64,000 nt of DNA, from assembly GCF_964204645.1 (NCBI RefSeq), contig NC_134027.1:16462485-16526484 (forward strand). Reading direction: 5' to 3'. The first letter of the stretch is position 1; each line of letters begins with the position of its first letter. The notes below the pieces were generated by a model. The model was not told the DNA's origin and ran no database searches. It saw only the letters and a list, made by a program, of their open reading frames with translations. This stretch comes from Tubulanus polymorphus. Lineage: Eukaryota; Animalia; Nemertea. Positions 62,077-64,000 of this stretch are shown here, one piece after another. Made by a program: the position numbers and the translations under genes.

Positions 62077-63288
62077 ATGGTAGATAGTTTTCCAAAAGCT
62101 TTCCAATATAATAAATCAATTAAATATAATATTCCAGCAATAGATTTTAATAAAGATATTACATATAGAAATGAAGTTTTAGATTCATTAACTAATTTAG
62201 AAATTTATGTTACTGAAACTAATAATTTTAATGCAAAGATGGAAAATATATTTCATGTATATTTAATTAATTTTAAAAAATTGAAAGATGAAAAACAATG
62301 GTTATTAAAATCTAATATGAAGTATTGGCAGAACCAATTAAATTTTGCTGTTTATTGTTCAACAACAGGATGTGGAATTAGTTGGAATGATCATTTGAAT
62401 AATTCTAAATATAAATTAATTCAAAGTTTATTTAGATTTCATACATACTTTCAAATCAGAATAATATTAAATGAATTAGAGTGCGCTTTACCAGGATCTA
62501 GATATTTTAAAGAATTAGATAATAATATTAATTTATCTAAGTTTTATAAAATTTGCAATGAATTTAATATAGATATAAATAATTCTGATTTTAGAACAAA
62601 AACTGGAACAATAAGATCACTTCCTTGCCCTAAAAAGATTGCAGAATATTGCGCACTTCCCATACCATCTAATAGCTTTTATAATATTTATAATAATAAA
62701 TTAGGTTATGGTAAAATAGAAACTAAGGATTTAGAAACATTAAATTTCAATAAATTACCGAAATTTTATAATTTAAAACAAGAAAACAATAATGGTTGGG
62801 TTTATTTTATTTTAGAAAATAGTGAAGGTTTTACTAAATCAGGTATAGAAAGAATAAATCAATCTATTAGAACTTATTTGATATGTATTTTAGGTGCGCA
62901 AGTTGAAACAAGATCCCCAATAATTGGAAATTTGAATACATCATTTGATACACAGAAACAATTTAAAGTATTATTTGAAGATTCAATTCATAATGACAAA
63001 AATAGATCGATTCCAGAAAACATTATAAGATATCAAAATTATTTAGATAAATCTCATGTAAGACTTAATTATTGTATAGGCCCTAATCTATTAATTATTT
63101 CTAATGATTTAGTATTAAAGATGGGAAACATAATTGGTTATAATAATTTAATTAAAACTGCAACAATAAATAATTCTTTTGGATTGAATGATATAAATAA
63201 AAACATTATTACTGCTCCAAAATTAATGGAAGGCGAAAAAAATAAAAAACACATTCAATCAACAGAAACTAAAACTGAAAATATTAAA
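62077..63288 (+). CDS. Conserved adintovirus/Polinton protein of unknown function, 3' end cut by a family A insertion
   Basis: YWQNQLNFAVYCSTTGCGIS, FRFHTYFQIRIIL, KICNEF; the stop at 63294 lies inside the inserted element. Confidence 0.65.
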
Positions 63289-64000
63289 ATATAGCTGCAA
63301 AGCAGCGATGACGGGTTTTCTGCACAGTCTTAGAATCCTGTTCAACGGTGGATTTCGACGAAGCATTTGATAAGGCACAACATCAGCCATTACTAAACAG
63401 GCTATTAGGAAACAGTATCAATGATAGGTCGCCCAATTGGCTCAGCAGTTATCTCTGAACGAAAACTTGTAGCCGAAATCAACGGAACGCCTCATCTTGG
63501 AATAAGTCGGTCAAACTAGTGGAGTCACGCAAGGTAGTATCCTAAGTTTTCTTCTGTTTAATGTCCTGACAAATGACATACACACTAATCCAACATATCC
63601 CAGACCGAGTAAATTTCCAAATCGACCTTAACACACTGTTCGACCAAAAAACTTAAAGTTCCAAAAAGAAAATCTTGTTCGAATGAAAATAATTCTGTTT
63701 GATCGAACGATACGCTTTTTGCTTGAACCAAAAATTTTCTTCATTCTGACAAAAAAATGTGTTCGAATAAAAAGCTATGTTATTGTTGAAATGAAAAATT
63801 TTAAGTCCCGGCAAAAAAATTTGGTCGAGCGAAAACAATTTTTTCGAACGAATGTTTGAATGAAAACAATTCTGTTCGATTGAACGAAATACTTCATACT
63901 TTCGGTTCGGAGAAAAAACTTTTTTCAATATACTTGTTCGAACGGAAAACTTAATGTTCTGACATAAAAATTCTGTTCAAATTAAAAAAGATTCTGTTCA
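63287..64000 (+). mobile_element. Family A Helentron-like element, 5' part (runs off the window)
   Basis: AAATATAGCTGCAAAGCAGCG start in an A-tract, RT fragment, TGTTCGA repeats as at 8305-9000. Confidence 0.85.

Overview
Eukaryotic, TE-saturated window, probably from an invertebrate animal (inferred from the TE families); I see no host gene. 0.2-2.1 kb: 3' end of a tyrosine-recombinase retrotransposon (DIRS order, PAT/Ngaro-type split direct repeats). 5.5-8.2 kb: a tRNA-derived SINE head and a long-TIR DNA element with a 9-bp TSD. 8.3-35.2 kb: a head-to-tail array of non-autonomous Helentron-like elements (family A). Each unit carries a captured LINE RT fragment and an expanded 31-bp palindromic satellite, with a second Helentron-like family (B) nested in the satellite. 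Nearly all ORFs called in this region are repeat artefacts. 35.2-46.8 kb and 56.0-63.3 kb: several decayed copies of an AT-rich Polinton/Maverick (adintovirus-like) element. Recognisable genes are pPolB with an Endo VII insert, HNH nuclease, rve integrase with chromodomain, packaging ATPase split by a LINE, major capsid C-terminus next to a solo LTR, a penton-like gene and small membrane proteins. 46.8-56.0 kb: BEL/Pao, Penelope (with a minimal hammerhead ribozyme and an inverted 5' segment), Gypsy (tRNA-Phe PBS) and R2/NeSL/Hero-like fragments. The three most notable signals: (i) ten Polinton ORFs start in TAAATG, six of them behind a T-run, matching the poxvirus late promoter and suggesting a virophage-like dependence on a pox-like helper; (ii) a 404-bp AG...CT palindrome lies just upstream of pPolB; (iii) seven antisense tRNA T-arm hairpins sit in-frame in an upstream ORF of the Gypsy leader. 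All assignments come from motif reading by eye, and boundaries are approximate unless a TSD or terminus is quoted.
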